Position numbers and translations under genes: made by a program
Notes under the pieces: model-generated
Told to the model about the DNA's origin: nothing
Seen by the model: only the letters and a program-made list of their open reading frames with translations
The model's database searches: none
Source: Octopus vulgaris
Lineage: Eukaryota
Direction of reading: 5' to 3'
NCBI GenBank assembly: GCA_951406725.2
Contig: OX597814.1
Span: forward strand, 177,258,001 to 177,322,000
DNA length: 64,000 nt
In this document: in pieces, positions 1-13,338 of the stretch
Numbering within the stretch: the stretch's first letter is position 1
How the letters are laid out: each line of letters starts with the position of its first letter

Positions 1-72
1 CGAGTACTGGGCTCAATGTAATCGATTTAATCTGCAACCAAAAAATTTCTGGCCTTTACCAAAATTCGAAAC
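1..72 (+). mobile_element. Family-A SINE 3' fragment
   Basis: GTACTGGG.TCAATGTAATCGA...GGCCTTT matches the SINE tail. Confidence 0.6.
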
Positions 73-450
73 GAGTTTATTGAAAGGTGGGTGAAAGTTG
101 CGAAAATGGCAAGAGTGAATGGTACCTCTCTAAGTGTAGACCTGTGAATCGGAGTAAGAGAATTGGAAGGGCATTTGCCTTTCTCTTGGTGCTCAGGGAG
201 ATCTTGGACAGTAGGGTTCATTATCCCTAAACATCATCCTGTTTCAGGAGGACTGCATTTCTATCACCACACCCCAGCTTTTTTAAACCTTTGTATATTA
301 TGTATGTTTCCCTTCCTTTTCATTGTATACCGCGTATACTTACTCCATTTTTTGTTATTTATTTTATCATTTCATTATATGTAAGATCTAACACTTTATG
401 TGTTTTTGTATTGTCACGCCTCATCCTTCGCCCTGGTTGCAAATAAATGA
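73..450 (+). mobile_element. Probable L1/Tx1-like LINE 3' end
   Basis: EFIERWVKVAKMARVNG..* followed by a T-rich UTR and AATAAA. Related to 62650-63040. Confidence 0.4.
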
Positions 451-451
451 A

Positions 452-604
<153 letters not shown>

Positions 605-971
605 GAGTGAGAGAGCAGTGCATGCAATCAAAGTGACACTGCGGTACAAATATACGAAGCCCAATATACCGACCATGTCTACCCATCTGATAAGAGTATA
701 CCAGGGACATGCATCACAACAATATGTGCATGACACGGTCATCTTATATCAAAGTTAACAGCGCATGACCTTGCAGGTGGGTCCCAGTTAGAATTTTCTT
801 CAGGTCGAGTAGATTATCCTGCTCAAAAGGTCCCTGAATAAGGATTGTTTAATTATGTTAAACAAAACACCCATGTTTCCTGAGGCGAATTATTCAAACT
901 TCAAAGAATTCCTCTCAACACATGGCTATGATACTCCCTCACTACTTCTACTCCTGATCAGAGATGCACAT
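605..971 (-). mobile_element. ~560-bp element, 5'-truncated copy
   Basis: Reverse complement of the 3' two-thirds of 12722-13278, between (TTA)n tracts. Confidence 0.85.
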
Positions 972-978
972 TTATTAA

Positions 979-1068
<90 letters not shown>

Positions 1069-3120
1069 GTGATGAAAACTCACAACTTATTTTGCTAGGT
1101 ATGGTGATAAGTGTCAGCTGTCCACAGCCAGCAGAGTAAGGTGACACTTGTTTACCGGTCTTGCTTCAAGAACTCTGCTAAGAATTCTTGCATTTCCAAG
1201 CAATACTGATTTTCTTAGGTGTTCTACCTTCACACTTGCACCAAACTTTTTTAGTCATGTTGGTAGTCGACTGCTGATATTTACAAGTGCATCAAGTACC
1301 TATTGGTATCATGTCTATTCTCCTCATTCACCACAAACTTCGTATTTCCCATTTCAAATCGTCATAGTTGTTTATTTTCTCTTTTTCACGTTGATCCTGT
1401 TGTCACCGGAGCATGCTATGTCTATTATCATGCATGTTCTCTTTTATTCACCACAACAAATATCCGGTTTCCGATGTCTGGTCAGGTGATCGCGCTGTAT
1501 CATTGTATTCCACAGGATTTTGCAATTCTCATTCTCAGTGATTCCTTCTGAGATTTTCTCATACCACGTCTTTGTTCTTTGTAGGCCGTGATTTCTACAG
1601 AGCTCCCAATGGATCATCCTTACCACATTATGATGGCGTCTTTTATATTCGCGTTGTGTCAATTTCGGGCACTCACTAAGGATGTGCCATACTATTTTAC
1701 CACTCTCACCACACATTGGTCCTTAATGTTTGTACTTGAGCTGCGTATAAGAGTACTTCTGTCTCTATCTTCAGGTCACTCTTCTTCATCCATAGCCAGC
1801 GGTCCTCTGTATCTGCCTTCACGTTCACATCTCTTGCAATCTGACCGTGCTTTTTACCCCTTCCATGCTTTTTCTTTTTTTGTGCTCATTTCTTGCTCAT
1901 ATTTTTCTTTCATTACACAATTCTCAGTTTTGGTGACGCTGGCCTTCGTATGTTTCAACAGTGACTCCACGGCATTTGTTATATACCACCCTAAGCTGTT
2001 TTCCTCTGCTTCGATACAGTCCTGGCAACTGATCAAACCTCTCCCACTCTTTCTTCTGGACAAATATAGCCTACCGGTGTTACTCTTAGGCGGAAGGCTC
2101 CGTGTACCATCAACATGTTTCTGGTCTTGGTATCCATTTTCATCACTTCTCTTCTTTTGCCATTTTAAAATTCCGGCTCCATACCGAAGTGATGCTATCG
2201 TCCACGTATTGACCACTTGGATTTTATTCCATCCAGTCAATTTTGAGCGCAAAACCAAACTTAGTCTTCGGAAATATCCCATTCTCAGTTGCACTTTCAT
2301 TTCATTGTCCGTTATCTCGTTGGACTCTAGCAGACCAAGTTTCTATTCGGTAATTCTATCCCTGCTGGGGACTGTACCTTGCCTCTTTTTAGGTTTATTA
2401 TTCCGCACTTCTTGAGCCCAAATTCTAATATCTGTACTAAAACATTGGACCATGTTCACTAAGGAATCCATTTATATCTCATCCTTGCCATACAGTTTCA
2501 AATCATCCATGAAGAAGAGGTGGTTGATTGTTTGGGATTTTCTCTGTAGTTGGTACTCCAGGTTCATTTTCCTATGTACCAAAGTCTGGGGTATTATATA
2601 GAGAACAAAAAGCAACGGAGCTCAGTTATCTCTCGGGAAAATCCCTCTTCTGATACCCATGGTGCCTAAGATTTTCCCCTAAGATGTCAGTTCAGTTTTC
2701 CACCACACCATATTTCTCTTCAAGAAGCACGTTAAACTCCTCGCATTTCCAAATAGATCTAGCCATTCGATGATCTACGAATGTGGAGTCATATCATAAG
2801 CTTTGCAATAATAATTCCAGGCCATTCTCAGGTGTGCTCTCCTTAGTTTACAATCTTCCATTACTATTTTGCCTATCAAAAATTAATCTTAGGTATCTCT
2901 GCATCTCCTTTTTGCTCCGTCGGTAATATATCGATCTCATCAAGAAATTTGTGTAGTTCTTCTGCAATTCCTCCTGATAGTAACTTCCACATTAATGGGA
3001 GGTAAGAAATTGGTCTATAATTGTCAGCAGCATTTCCCTTTAATACATCTTTCAGACACTACACTGTTCGACTTTTTGTTAACCAGCCCAGTATTTCTTC
3101 TTCTCCATTAATAAATGCAT
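1069..3120 (-). mobile_element. Decayed, 5'-truncated R4/Dong-type non-LTR retrotransposon (RT, CCHC, RLE)
   Basis: Minus-strand motifs [33 protein letters not shown]...PLLF and INHLFFMDDLKLYG (FMDD at 2502-2513). ORF 1854-2300 (NKIQVVNTW...LRYGAG). ORF 1444-1716 (C..HILSEC...RH...KILW...RKPDI). C-terminus LLGNARILSRVL, then a (TAA)n tail at 978-1068. Many stops and frameshifts. Confidence 0.9.
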
Positions 3121-3149
3121 TATTATCATTGTTGCTGTTGTTATTATTA

Positions 3150-3201
<52 letters not shown>

Positions 3202-3203
<2 letters not shown>

Positions 3204-3359
3204 TAGTTTTATTTTTATAGCGTGCTTTCACTTCACTAGCGAGCGCAGCTCTGTGTGCCTTGGGTATGTGCTGTGATTTGTTGTGATGCTCTGATGGTTA
3301 TTGTATGGAAAGTGTTCTGCGTAGGATGTGTGCAGTGCCTAGTAGTGCAATTTTCTGTA

Positions 3360-3364
<5 letters not shown>
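3202..3364 (-). mobile_element. R4/Dong-type 3' end fragment, distinct subfamily
   Basis: Minus strand encodes NIQKIALLGTAHILRRTLSIQ* followed by a 3' UTR, embedded in (TTA)n. Confidence 0.8.
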
Positions 3365-3417
<53 letters not shown>

Positions 3418-3419
<2 letters not shown>

Positions 3420-4025
3420 GTCGGTGAGCTGACAGAATCGCTAGCACGTCGGGCAAAATGATTAGCGGTATTTCGTTTGCCGCTACGTTCTGAGTTCAAA
3501 TTCCGCCGAGGTCGACTTTGCCTTTCATCATTTCATGGTCGATTAAATAAGTACCAGTTACGCACTGGAGTCGATATAATCGACTTAATCCGTTTGTCTG
3601 TACTTGTTCGTCCTCTCTGTGTTTAGCCCCTTGTGGGTAGTAAAGAAATAGGTATTTCTGAGTTCAAATTCCACTGAGGTCGATTTACCTTTCATCCTTT
3701 CGGTGTCGATAAATTAAGAACCAGTTAAGTACTAGGGTCGATGTAATCGAGTATCTCCCTCCCCCAAATTTCAGACTTTGTGCCTACAATAGAAAAGATT
3801 ATTATTATTAAGGCGGTGAGCTGGCCAAATGGTTAGCACGCCGGACAAAATACTTAGCGGTATTTCGTCTGCCGCTACGTTTTGAGTTCAAATTTCACCG
3901 AGGTCGACTTTACATTTTATTCTTTCGAAGTCGATTAAATAAGTACCAGATACGCACTGAGGTTGAAGTAATTGACTAAATCCCTTCCCATCAAATTTTC
4001 AAGGCCTTGTACCTAGAGTAGAAAT
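3418..4025 (+). mobile_element. Cluster of three family-A tRNA-derived SINEs (3418-3652, 3655-3800 partial, 3811-4025)
   Basis: Head GGCGGYGAGCTGGCAGAATCGTTAGC, B-box-like GAGTTCAAATTCC, central GCCTTTCATCCTTTCGGGGTCGATAAAATAAGTACCAG (MetaSINE-like from recall), and two alternative 3' tails. Confidence 0.85.
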
Positions 4026-4252
4026 AATAACAATAATAATAATAATTATTATTATTGCATACGTATGTGTGTGCGTGTATATATATATACGTTTTATTTA
4101 TTATTTTGCACGTTACTAAATTATTGTTATATGTTTAATCTTATATTTAATCTTTCTATAAGATGTAATTTTTCTAAATGGTATAATTTAATTTTTCATT
4201 ATTGAATTGATAAAAGGTGGGTTATTTTCTAATTTATATATATCTATATATC

Positions 4253-4284
<32 letters not shown>

Positions 4285-4329
4285 TTAGATAAAACTTAGA
4301 TATGTTTCGACCAGAGATTGGTCCAGGCC

Positions 4330-4413
<84 letters not shown>

Positions 4414-4480
4414 TTGTGAAATTTGTTTTAGTATTTCTAAACTGAATTTCTCCCTGTAACTTTGGAATAATATTCTCTCA

Positions 4481-4547
<67 letters not shown>

Positions 4548-5070
4548 TGTGTGTGTGTTTTTATGTATGTATGTATATATGTATGTATGTATACATACAT
4601 ATATATGTATATATATATATGTATAAATATATATGTATGTATGCATGCATGTATGTATATATGTGTGTATGTGTGCGTGTTGTGTGTTAACCGACGATAG
4701 TTTGGTGAAAAAACAAAACAAAACAAAAAGACAAATGCTAGATTAACTGAAAAAAAAAATACTAAAAACACAGCAAAACAAAACTAAATTAGACATGCAA
4801 AAGAAGTCAAGCGCAAGCAGGAGAACAGAAAATGAAACCTGGAATTAATATCGCACATGTCAAATAGCCAAAAGGTTAGGCGAAGAAATTTAACAAGATT
4901 AATGAACGAAGCGTAAAACATGGTAGACAAAAATAAGCCAGTCCTAGAAGTATTAATAATTAACATTTTGCTTCTACTCAGAGAAGGAGTGGATCTTAAA
5001 TAATAATTCGATATGTTGGTTAATTGGTGCAATATTATCATATTTGACTCTGCACACACATACACACACA

Positions 5071-5119
<49 letters not shown>

Positions 5120-5468
5120 ACACACACATACTCATACAAGCACACACAAAAGCAAGTAGAGATACATGCACAAAAGATACACTCATATACAGGTGCAAAT
5201 ATTCAAGCACGCAGGCGTTCACATACGCACGCATTCACATACGCACGCATTCACATATACAATTACACACACACATATATACATTTATACGCATGCAGAC
5301 ACACACATATGTATGCATTTATATTCATATCTATGTACACACAGAGAAATACTCATTTGCCTTCTATCCATATCTATGTACAACACACACACATATATAT
5401 ATGTGTGTGTGTGTGTATGTGTGTATAAGGATATGTATGTATATATATGTGTATATATACATGAACAT

Positions 5469-5586
<118 letters not shown>

Positions 5587-5940
5587 CACACACAAATGTG
5601 TGGTGTATCTATAATTAATGGAATATAATTTCTTAGTTTTGTGATTACCAATTATAGAACATGTTTTTAGCAAAATTTACTTCACTTTTGTATTTGGTTT
5701 TCAAAATTCTTTATGCAAATTTGTGAGTTGAAACAAAATCTGCTGTATCGAGGGGAAGTCATAACGCCAATATGGATAACACACGCGCTGGTTCAATAAC
5801 TCTTCTTTATTATCAGTCAGTTAGTTAAATATCTGTCCGCATTTTGTCTTAACACCCAAATAACCTGATAGGCAGGTAGGTAAACATGTAGTACGGACAG
5901 ACGTGTAGCATGAACAGACGTGCACACACATGCAAACATA

Positions 5941-6002
<62 letters not shown>

Positions 6003-6131
6003 AATTCTGTACATAGGGAGCAAGACAAGATATTTGGTGGTGTGGAAACTATCGATGAAATGCATTTTCTGTTGGAGTGTGTGTGTATGTGTGTGTGTGT
6101 GTGTGCACACACATATACACACACATATAAA

Positions 6132-6283
6132 GCGGGATTGGCTATGTGTAAGAAGCTTGCTTCCCGACCACATGGTTGCGGATTCAATCCCACCACGTGG
6201 CACCTTGGCCTTCTACTATAGTTTCGGACCGACCAAAGCTTTGTGAGTGGATTTGCTAAACTGAAACAGAAAGAAGCAAGTCG

Positions 6284-6345
<62 letters not shown>

Positions 6346-6546
6346 CCTACTTCTATGTGCGCGCGCGTGTGTGTATGTTTAGGTCTGTGTTCGGCTCACA
6401 CCGCCGGTTGACAACTGTAGCTTGACGGTCCGGCAACAGTGACGGCTCAAAATATAGCTACTTGGGTCGAATCATTCGACTATAAATTTTTCAAGGCCGT
6501 GCTCCAGCATGGCCGAAGTCTAATGAAAGAAACAAGTAAAAGATAC
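6132..6546 (+). mobile_element. Family-B SINE with internal (TATC)n
   Basis: Homologous to 8042-8443. Confidence 0.8.
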
Positions 6547-6547
6547 A

Positions 6548-6623
<76 letters not shown>

Positions 6624-6626
6624 ATA

Positions 6627-6681
<55 letters not shown>

Positions 6682-7292
6682 TTAAATATTTGTTGTGCAA
6701 GATTTTTTATGTGAAGTCGTGTGTTGAAACAGATATTGTTATATTTCGGAATGGTCATATTGCCAGTTTAGCCAATAAAAACACACGCACTATATATTTG
6801 GTGTTATTTTGCTTCAGTGATATTTATTTTTTACATTAATCTTAATCTTATTTCGGCCAAAGTTCTTTCGTCACACTCCTTTCGATTAGATTTATTATTA
6901 TTATTACTAATATTGTTGTTATACATACATACAAGCATATGTAATGATAATAATGGGTGGATGTAAACACATGAACAAAATTAGAACAAAAGCAACAACA
7001 ACAAAAACAAAATACAAAAAAATACAAATTACAAATTACAAGATTGTATATAACCAGAAGATACAAATATTACAGGCATCCCCCCCACACACACTAAATA
7101 AACATAGACGCACATAGAGATATAAGCTATGATCCAGTAGATGATTATATAGAATGGTACTTGACCAAGATGCTAAACACTGGGCATATATATATATATA
7201 TATATATATGGCTCACTTGACGATTCACTGGCGTGAAACTCGAATCGTGCAACAAGCTCTCTGTTTCACTTTTAATAAAACATTTTATAGAC

Positions 7293-7390
<98 letters not shown>

Positions 7391-8041
7391 ACAGACACAC
7401 ACACACCCACACTCATGCGCGCGCTCCCCTACCACATACTTTTTTGTACACGAGTACTTATATGATAAATATTTGAAAATGCACTTTAATTGTTGGTGCA
7501 TTTCAAATTCTTTCCTTCACACGCACACACATACACACAATTACGTTTGGTAATTAAAATTATTTTCTCATTCACAATTATAGGAGAATGTACAAACTTC
7601 TAACACAGATATGTATGGAGGACACATCCTGAACCACAATAGAAAGCATTGCTCTCTCTCTCTCTTTCTCAAACCCTCCACACAGATACACACACACTCA
7701 CATATGTAGTTACAGTTTTTCTTTTTTACCGAAAAATTTGTTGCGCGCGCATGATTCAACATAGCTTCTTTTAGCCATTCCGGTGCAGGTTTACATTTCA
7801 ATATCTTCAGTCTGTTTAGATTATTTTCTTAGGAAGAATCGCGACTAAGTATTTGCTATTTCAATAATTTGCTATTTCATCAGCTGTCATTCGTCTATTC
7901 AACAGATACACGTTACAAAACTCAATCAATATTCATTTCAGTACAAGATAAATTTGGGCGTGGTTAAACATGGCATTATTGAATTTTCAGTCCTATTATG
8001 GACTCTATCTATACAGACCCGAAGGCCTTCATTAGATTTTC

Positions 8042-8443
8042 ATAGGAGTGGCTGCGTAGTAAGAAGCTTGCTTCCCAACCAATGGTTCCAGGTTCAGTCC
8101 CACTGCGTGGTACCCGGGCAACTGTCTTCTAGTATAGCCTCGCGCCGACCGACGGCTTCTGAGTGAATTTGGTAGACGGAAACTGAAAGAAGCCCGTCAT
8201 ATATATATATTATTAATGCATGTGCCTTTGTGCCTGCGTTTGTTGCTCCACCGTCGCTTGACAGCCGATGTTGGTGTGTTTATGTCCCCGTAACTTAGCG
8301 GTTCGGCAAAAGAGACTGACAGAATAAGTACCAAACTTACAAAGCCTGAGTCTTGGGGGCGATTTCTTCAACTAAAAGGTGGTGCCCCAGCACGGCCGCA
8401 GTCAAATGGCTTAAACAAGTAAAAGAGTAAAAGCAGTAAAGAG
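8042..8443 (+). mobile_element. Family-B tRNA-derived SINE with internal microsatellite
   Basis: TGGCTGCGTAGTAAGAAGCTTGCTTCCCAACC...GGTTCAGTCCCACTGCG head, GGAAACTGAAAGAAGCCCG, internal (TA)n, and tail CAGCAYGGCCGCAGTC..AAACAAGTAAAAGAG. Confidence 0.85.
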
Positions 8444-8582
8444 TATATATATAGCCTTCCGAAATTGCAAAGATAATCAGGAACTCGACTGAACAAACAA
8501 AACTCCGAATGACCCGTCCTTGTTTCCTTTGTCCTTTTTTGTATCACCTGTCTGTATGTTTTGCATTCTTGTCCCATTTTTT

Positions 8583-8656
<74 letters not shown>

Positions 8657-9320
8657 CATATGCAAATGTGGGCACAGAATATCATAAAACATGTACAACA
8701 AAAACACGAAGTACGAGCACATAGAATATGAACTATTTTTTTTCCAACAACGAAGGACACAAATGGAAAACAAGAGAAACAACATAAAGAACGATCCTTC
8801 ATCAGTTGTTGGCTGTTTTTCTACTCTCGTATTTCGAGCATTTAACAACAATATACGCTTTCGATAAAATAGTTGCTCCGGCAAAACAAATTGAATAAAA
8901 TCTGGGAGTTTTGCGCAGGGTCAAAACTGGTAACACAAACAGGACAGTGAAAACAAACAGGAAAGGCTGCTAAGCGTAAACGAGGGTGTGGTGGCGAACG
9001 CGTAAATCAAGCTGGGACAGGAGTCAGACAAGAACACGTCTTCGTTGTTCCAGCTACAACGGAGAGAAAGAAAGAGAAACAAGTTAGGAGAAGAAAGAAA
9101 GATGGCTGATGGTCACGTGAGCAAGAGAAGAGGAGTGATGGAGAGAGGATAACAGAGTAAGAGGATAGCATAGTGGGAGAAGAGGAGGTAAAATAATAAA
9201 GCAGAAAAAGAGAGAAAAACGAAAGAGTAAAAAGATCGTATAGAGTGCGCATCAGAATTATTAAGAGAGAATTTACTTGGAAGAGGATGCGTAGCGTTGA
9301 ATCATGTAATAATATAAATA

Positions 9321-9392
<72 letters not shown>

Positions 9393-9969
9393 GTGTTTAT
9401 ATAGAGAAAGAAAGAAAGAGAGAGAGAGATACTGGAGGGAAACAGCTTGGCGGCAAGAAATGCCATCGTTTTACTTTTGGTTCGAGATGTCATGTTTTGC
9501 TCCAAGAAAATATATGTAATCACGAAAAAAATGAAAAATAAACGAAAATTTAAAATAATTGTTAGACATTTCATCCCGTTAAGTTCCTGATGACTAATCG
9601 TTACTAGACGCTTGAGTTTTGTTACATAATCAGATAAATGCACACATAATTAACTGTACTTGCTAAAAAAGAATATGAAGTAAAAGCTGATTTTATTAAC
9701 CATTCTGTTATTAGTTTTGGGTAAGTAATTATAGATTGTGTTCTGTGTTCGATTTACACGACTATACCACTCCATATACTTATTTGTCGATTCTTTCTAA
9801 AGTTAGAAACTTAGGAATCATCAATTATAATTACTATTTTCGGACGTCATATGGTTTTTTCCAGTGTTTTAAATTCAATGGTTTTCGGTCTGTTATGAAA
9901 ATTGTATTATAAATGATCAAGGAATAGTATGTAAAAGGATTACAGTTCATATATGCAGCTTTCATTTTG

Positions 9970-10346
9970 TATTTTAATTGTCTCTGTTAAATGACTACAG
10001 CCTTGCCGAGGCATCGCCTTCAAATACTTAGTCGAAAGAAATCGATTCCAGTGCATTTTTAAAGACTGGTACTGATTCTATTGGGTCTCTTTTGCTACAC
10101 TGGTTTCAATAAAGAAACCAACACTGTTTGTTAAGCTTTGATGGTGTAGCAAAACACAAATACGAAGACGTACACACGTATATGAATACATATATATAGG
10201 GTGGGCTTTTATACACTTTCCATCTACCATATTCATTCACAAAACATTGATTAGCCCGTGATTAGAACTCATTTGCTGTGTAGTGGAATTGCTCTCGAAA
10301 ACATGTAGTTGTAAAACGATCTTCTTAATTACACAGCTGTGACTGT
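9970..10346 (-). mobile_element. Family-B SINE, diverged
   Basis: Reverse-complement homology to 8042-8443. Confidence 0.7.
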
Positions 10347-10789
10347 AAAGTTACGGTGAAAATATGCATACATGCGAATTTACATGTGTATACTTGTGTA
10401 TGTGTGTGCACGCGTGTGTGAGTGTGTGTGTGTATGTGCGTGTGTGTATGTGCGTGTGTGTATGTGCGTGTGTGTATGTGCGTGTGTGCATGTGTGCAAA
10501 ACAACGGAGACATTTTTCAAAGTAGTACTCAATACATAATAAGGCTGTGAAAAATTTATATTCTTTACTGAGATCACTTGAAAATACCCCGTTCCAGAAT
10601 ATTACCTGCTGGAAACAGGTGTAATATTATCTCTAGAAAAACGAACGCACACACACATACGCATATACACGCATACGCATATTCACGCATACGGATACGG
10701 ACACACGAATATAGACATGTTATAAAGGATATTTTGCAGCAACAACAACATCACCACCACCAATAATAATAATGATAATAATGATAATA

Positions 10790-11790
10790 TTTGTCGGGTC
10801 AATATGATCCCCACTAAAAATGCTATGCACCCACAAACATTTAAGAAACAAGTTGAAGAAGAAAGAGTAAACAACTGGAAAATGAAACCACTGCATGGGA
10901 GATATCTCAGAGAAATCGAAGGAAAAGACAAGATCAACACTTGGAGATGGCTAAGGAAAAGGGATGTGAAAGGATGCACTGAGGCATTGATATGCAGCAC
11001 CCAGAAACAAAACTCTGAGAACTAATTACACCAAGTTCCAAATAGATAAGAATAACATCGCCTTTTTGTATGATGTGCGGCTGCAGATATGAAACAATTT
11101 CGCATACTGTGAGTGAGTGCAACAAGCTGGCCCAAAATCATTACAAAAGGAGATACGATAACGTGGCTAAGTTTGTCCACTCGAGGCTGTGTGAAAAGTA
11201 CGGCTGAATAGATCACGGAAATAGTATGAACATGAACCACAAGGAGTCACAAAGAACAAAGAACAGAAGATATTGTGGGATTTTACAATCCAATTTTACA
11301 ATCCAATCAAAACCCTAATCGAGGCTCGGAGACCAGATATTGTGGTAGATAAAGGAATAAATGAAACGAAGAACATAGATATTGCATAAGTGACATAAGT
11401 GACAAAGAACTAGAAAAGATTGAAAAGTACAGATTACTAAAAGACGAAGTTGCAAAAATGTGGACTATGAGGAGAGTGTCTGTCATTCTTGTAGGTGTAG
11501 GGGCACTCGGAGCACTAACAACCAAACTCGAGAAATATGACAAAGAAATCGGAATTGACATGAGAGAAGAGCAAGCCCAAAATACTGCTCTGCTGGGGAC
11601 AGCTAGAATTTTGAGATTGCTACTTGGATGCTGAATGTCTCCCACGATAATTAACAACCAAGTATCAAAGCATATAATATGTCGAAAGCGACCTTGTGAG
11701 ACCTCTGGCGGCTGGCTGCTGTCCACTCTCACAGAATCTACCAGAAAAAGCAAGACCCAACGTTCTAAGAAGTAAAACAATTAGAATGAT
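10790..11790 (+). mobile_element. Decayed R4/Dong-type 3' fragment (CCHC and RLE)
   Basis: WKMKPLHGRY, TEALIC, CMMCG...ETISH.VSEC.KLAQ..YK.R.DNVA, ILWDF.IQ, RPDIVV, KELEKIEKY, GALG, ALLGTARILR. Confidence 0.9.
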
Positions 11791-11794
11791 AATA

Positions 11795-12520
11795 CTTTGT
11801 TCTAAAGTACAAGGCCATAAGACACTAGCTCCTAGTAAGTGTCTCCGCTGTGCTGCATCTGTAATAGAGTGGACGAAGCCATTGTCCATATCACGAACAA
11901 ATGCCCTAGACTTGCCCAAAAACCGCTACAAGTTGTGGAGAAACGATAAGGTAGCGAAAGGGTTACATTGCAAACTGTGTGAAAAGTGGCGGCTAGAGAG
12001 AGGCAAGACGTGGTATGAGCACAAACTGCAGAGAGTGGCAGAGTCGGAGACTTGCAAAATCCTCTGGGATTTCCCAGTCCAAACAGATCAAGTGCTAGTG
12101 CATAACAGACCGGACCTAGTGGTGGAGGATAAGATGCACTACATGTGCCATATAGTCGATGTTGCGTACCCTTTTGACCTGCGAATAGTGAAGAAGGAAG
12201 ACGAAAAAATAGATAAATACAGCCCCCTTAAGTACGAAATAGTCGGGTAATGAAAAATGAAGAAGGTGAAGATAGTACTAATAATTGTTGGGTACTTGGG
12301 GAGAGTACCAGAGGAAATAAAGAGGAATATAAAAGAAATCGAAACAGTGTCCAGTAGAAATGTTGCAAAGCGTTTCTCTCCTTAGCACGGCCAGAATAAT
12401 CAAAAGAGTATTAGATAGTTAAAAAAGAACAGATAGCATTGTACTGTAGGCTGCAAGCAGCAAGCCCGCTATGTATGCAAGACTCCAGGAGTTCCAACAA
12501 AACATGTGATAAAAAGAAAC
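11795..12520 (+). mobile_element. Second R4/Dong-type 3' fragment, different subfamily
   Basis: ORF 11696-12250 C-terminal part WYEH...KILWDFPVQTD..HNRPDLVV...IVDVAYPFD...KEDEKIDKY. Ends STARIIKRVLDS*, then a 3' UTR and (AAT)n. Confidence 0.9.
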
Positions 12521-12524
12521 AATG

Positions 12525-12604
<80 letters not shown>

Positions 12605-12657
12605 AATAATAATAGTAATAATAATAATAATAATAATACTAATACTAATACTAATAC

Positions 12658-12708
<51 letters not shown>

Positions 12709-12722
12709 TAATAATAATAATA
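12521..12722. repeat. (AAT)n microsatellite with variants
   Basis: Direct reading. Confidence 0.98.
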
Positions 12723-13278
12723 AATGCCCTGATGCAATACCAAGCAGTGGCTCTCGTGGTTTCTGATCTTAACTGACTGGAAGTGTTATCATGTACATTG
12801 GTTTGTTTTGGTATAAAAGATGAGCTACAGTAAACATTCTGCTCAATACCACATATTTGCTTGTCAGTTGTTTGACCTTAACCAGTTGAGCATGTCCCTT
12901 AGTGGCTGATGATATGTGCATCTCTGATCACGAGCAGAAGTAGTGGGGGAGCATCATAGCCATGTGATGAGAGGGATTCTTAGAGGTCTGAATAATTCAC
13001 CTCTGGAAACATGAGTGTTTCGTTCAACATCCTTAAACAACCTTATTCAGGGACCGTTTGAGCAGGATGGGTTACGCGACCAGAAGAAAATTCTAACTGG
13101 GCCCCACCTGCAAGGTCACGTGCAGTTTATCTTGATATGAGATCACCATGTCGCGCACATATGGTTGTGATGCATGTGCCTAGTGTACCCTTATCAGACA
13201 GGTAGTCATGATGGGTATACTGGCCTTCGTATATTTTACTCCAGTGTCACTTGGATGGCATGCACTGCTCTCTCACTC
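12722..13278 (+). mobile_element. ~560-bp non-coding interspersed element with (AAT)n on both sides, full-length copy 1
   Basis: Starts AAATGCCCTGATGCA and ends GCTCTCTCACTC(AAT)n. Colinear with 26313-26869. Confidence 0.85.
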
Positions 13279-13331
<53 letters not shown>

Positions 13332-13338
13332 TGATGAT

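Noticed and set aside
1588-2415. Longest ORF (275 aa, +)
   Set aside because: It is the antisense shadow of the R4/Dong element on the minus strand, with no recognisable domain.
7845-7892. Minus-strand CTGATGA...GAAA
   Set aside because: It arises from a short tandem duplication of ATTTGCTATTTCA, and stems I and III fail.
8790-8845. Minus-strand GAAA...CTGATGA in a TA-flanked repeat
   Set aside because: Stems II and III do not close properly. The 8660-9300 block is probably a repeat, but I cannot classify it.
12722-13025. HDV-like or hammerhead ribozyme in the 560-bp element (CTGAYGA at about 12906, GAAAC at about 13006)
   Set aside because: I could not build P1/P3 for an HDV fold or stems I/II for a hammerhead.
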